Shown here piece by piece: positions 63,351-64,000 of a stretch of DNA of 64,000 bases. Numbering within the stretch: position 1 is the first letter of the stretch; every line of letters begins with the position of its first letter. Origin of the DNA: Takakia lepidozioides (taxonomy: Eukaryota; Plantae; Bryophyta); NCBI GenBank assembly GCA_030704615.1, contig CM060732.1, positions 9,672,001 to 9,736,000 on the forward strand, in the 5' to 3' direction. The notes under the pieces were generated by a model. That model made no database searches. It saw only the letters and a program-made list of their open reading frames with translations, and was not told the origin of the DNA. Made by a program: the position numbers and the translations under genes.

Positions 63351-64000
63351 TGTTTGAATTTCGTGTTAGTTTTCTACACCATTTGTAGCACTTGGGGTTT
63401 TTCCTATGGGATGTTTTGTTCTCCACCCAGCTTGCAAGGTGAGGTTTTCTTCCCTAGGTTTTTTCATCCCTTGTGTGCCGGGTGTATAGCTTGTTTTGGC
63501 TAGGCTTCATTTTTGTCCTCCCTGAGCTCATCACTCGCAGGAGCTCGCAGTTCCTTATGGCCCCAACAGGCATCACATATGTGGAGCTGGGATTCCTTCT
63601 CACCTAATTTTTCAACATGGATGGATGGAGGAGGGATGCGCTCCGGATGATTTAAGGGATGGACAAAGCCAGGATGAAAGCTGGATGGACTTACACCTTG
63701 CGCATGAGGATGAGCTGGCAACAGCCGATGGCTTTATTAGGGGCTATCTTATTCTAACAGCTAGTTTAGGATCGGATTAGGATGGGACTAGGTGATCTGG
63801 CTTCTTTCTATGGCTATGCTGGAAGGACATCTGGTTGACCTATGTGTAAGTGCCACACGACACTAAGATTAGATTATGACCTAATGCTATTTAAGCCTCA
63901 CTGCCGTGGCAGTGATGGTGGTGGCTTTTGAGTCTTACGTGAGTGATGGTGGCGTAACGGTGTGCCTAAGTGGTTGGATGAAAATGTTGGAGGTCTAGGT

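Overview
This is eukaryotic nuclear DNA from a land plant, most likely a bryophyte or other non-seed lineage (inferred from the gene and TE types). It is dominated by nested and decayed transposable elements and has a 500-N gap at 45657-46156. Host genes are an apparently intact 3-exon bHLH-ACT transcription factor (21760-24416, -), an intact 9-exon NIPA9-like Mg transporter (52495-56736, -), a 5'-truncated chloroplast-type Cu/Zn-SOD pseudogene (17624-19460, +) and a PLS-PPR fragment. TEs include two Ty3/Gypsy pol remnants, two copies of an LTR element whose PPT and 3' LTR follow a ~1250-aa extra ORF, two L1/Tx1-like LINEs, one RTEX-like LINE, a hAT element with a hairpin array, a hAT-type MITE and a tRNA-derived SINE. 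The best candidate for an undescribed system is at 1-4200. There, a GCM-type zinc-finger, transposase-like gene lies head-to-head with a spliced gene that joins a ParB-like N-terminus to a bacterial-style beta-class N6A/N4C DNA methyltransferase domain, suggesting a transposon that carries its own amino-methylase. The second candidate is the giant extra ORF and its associated CACAGCC repeat arrays. All family assignments come from motif recognition by eye, not database searches.
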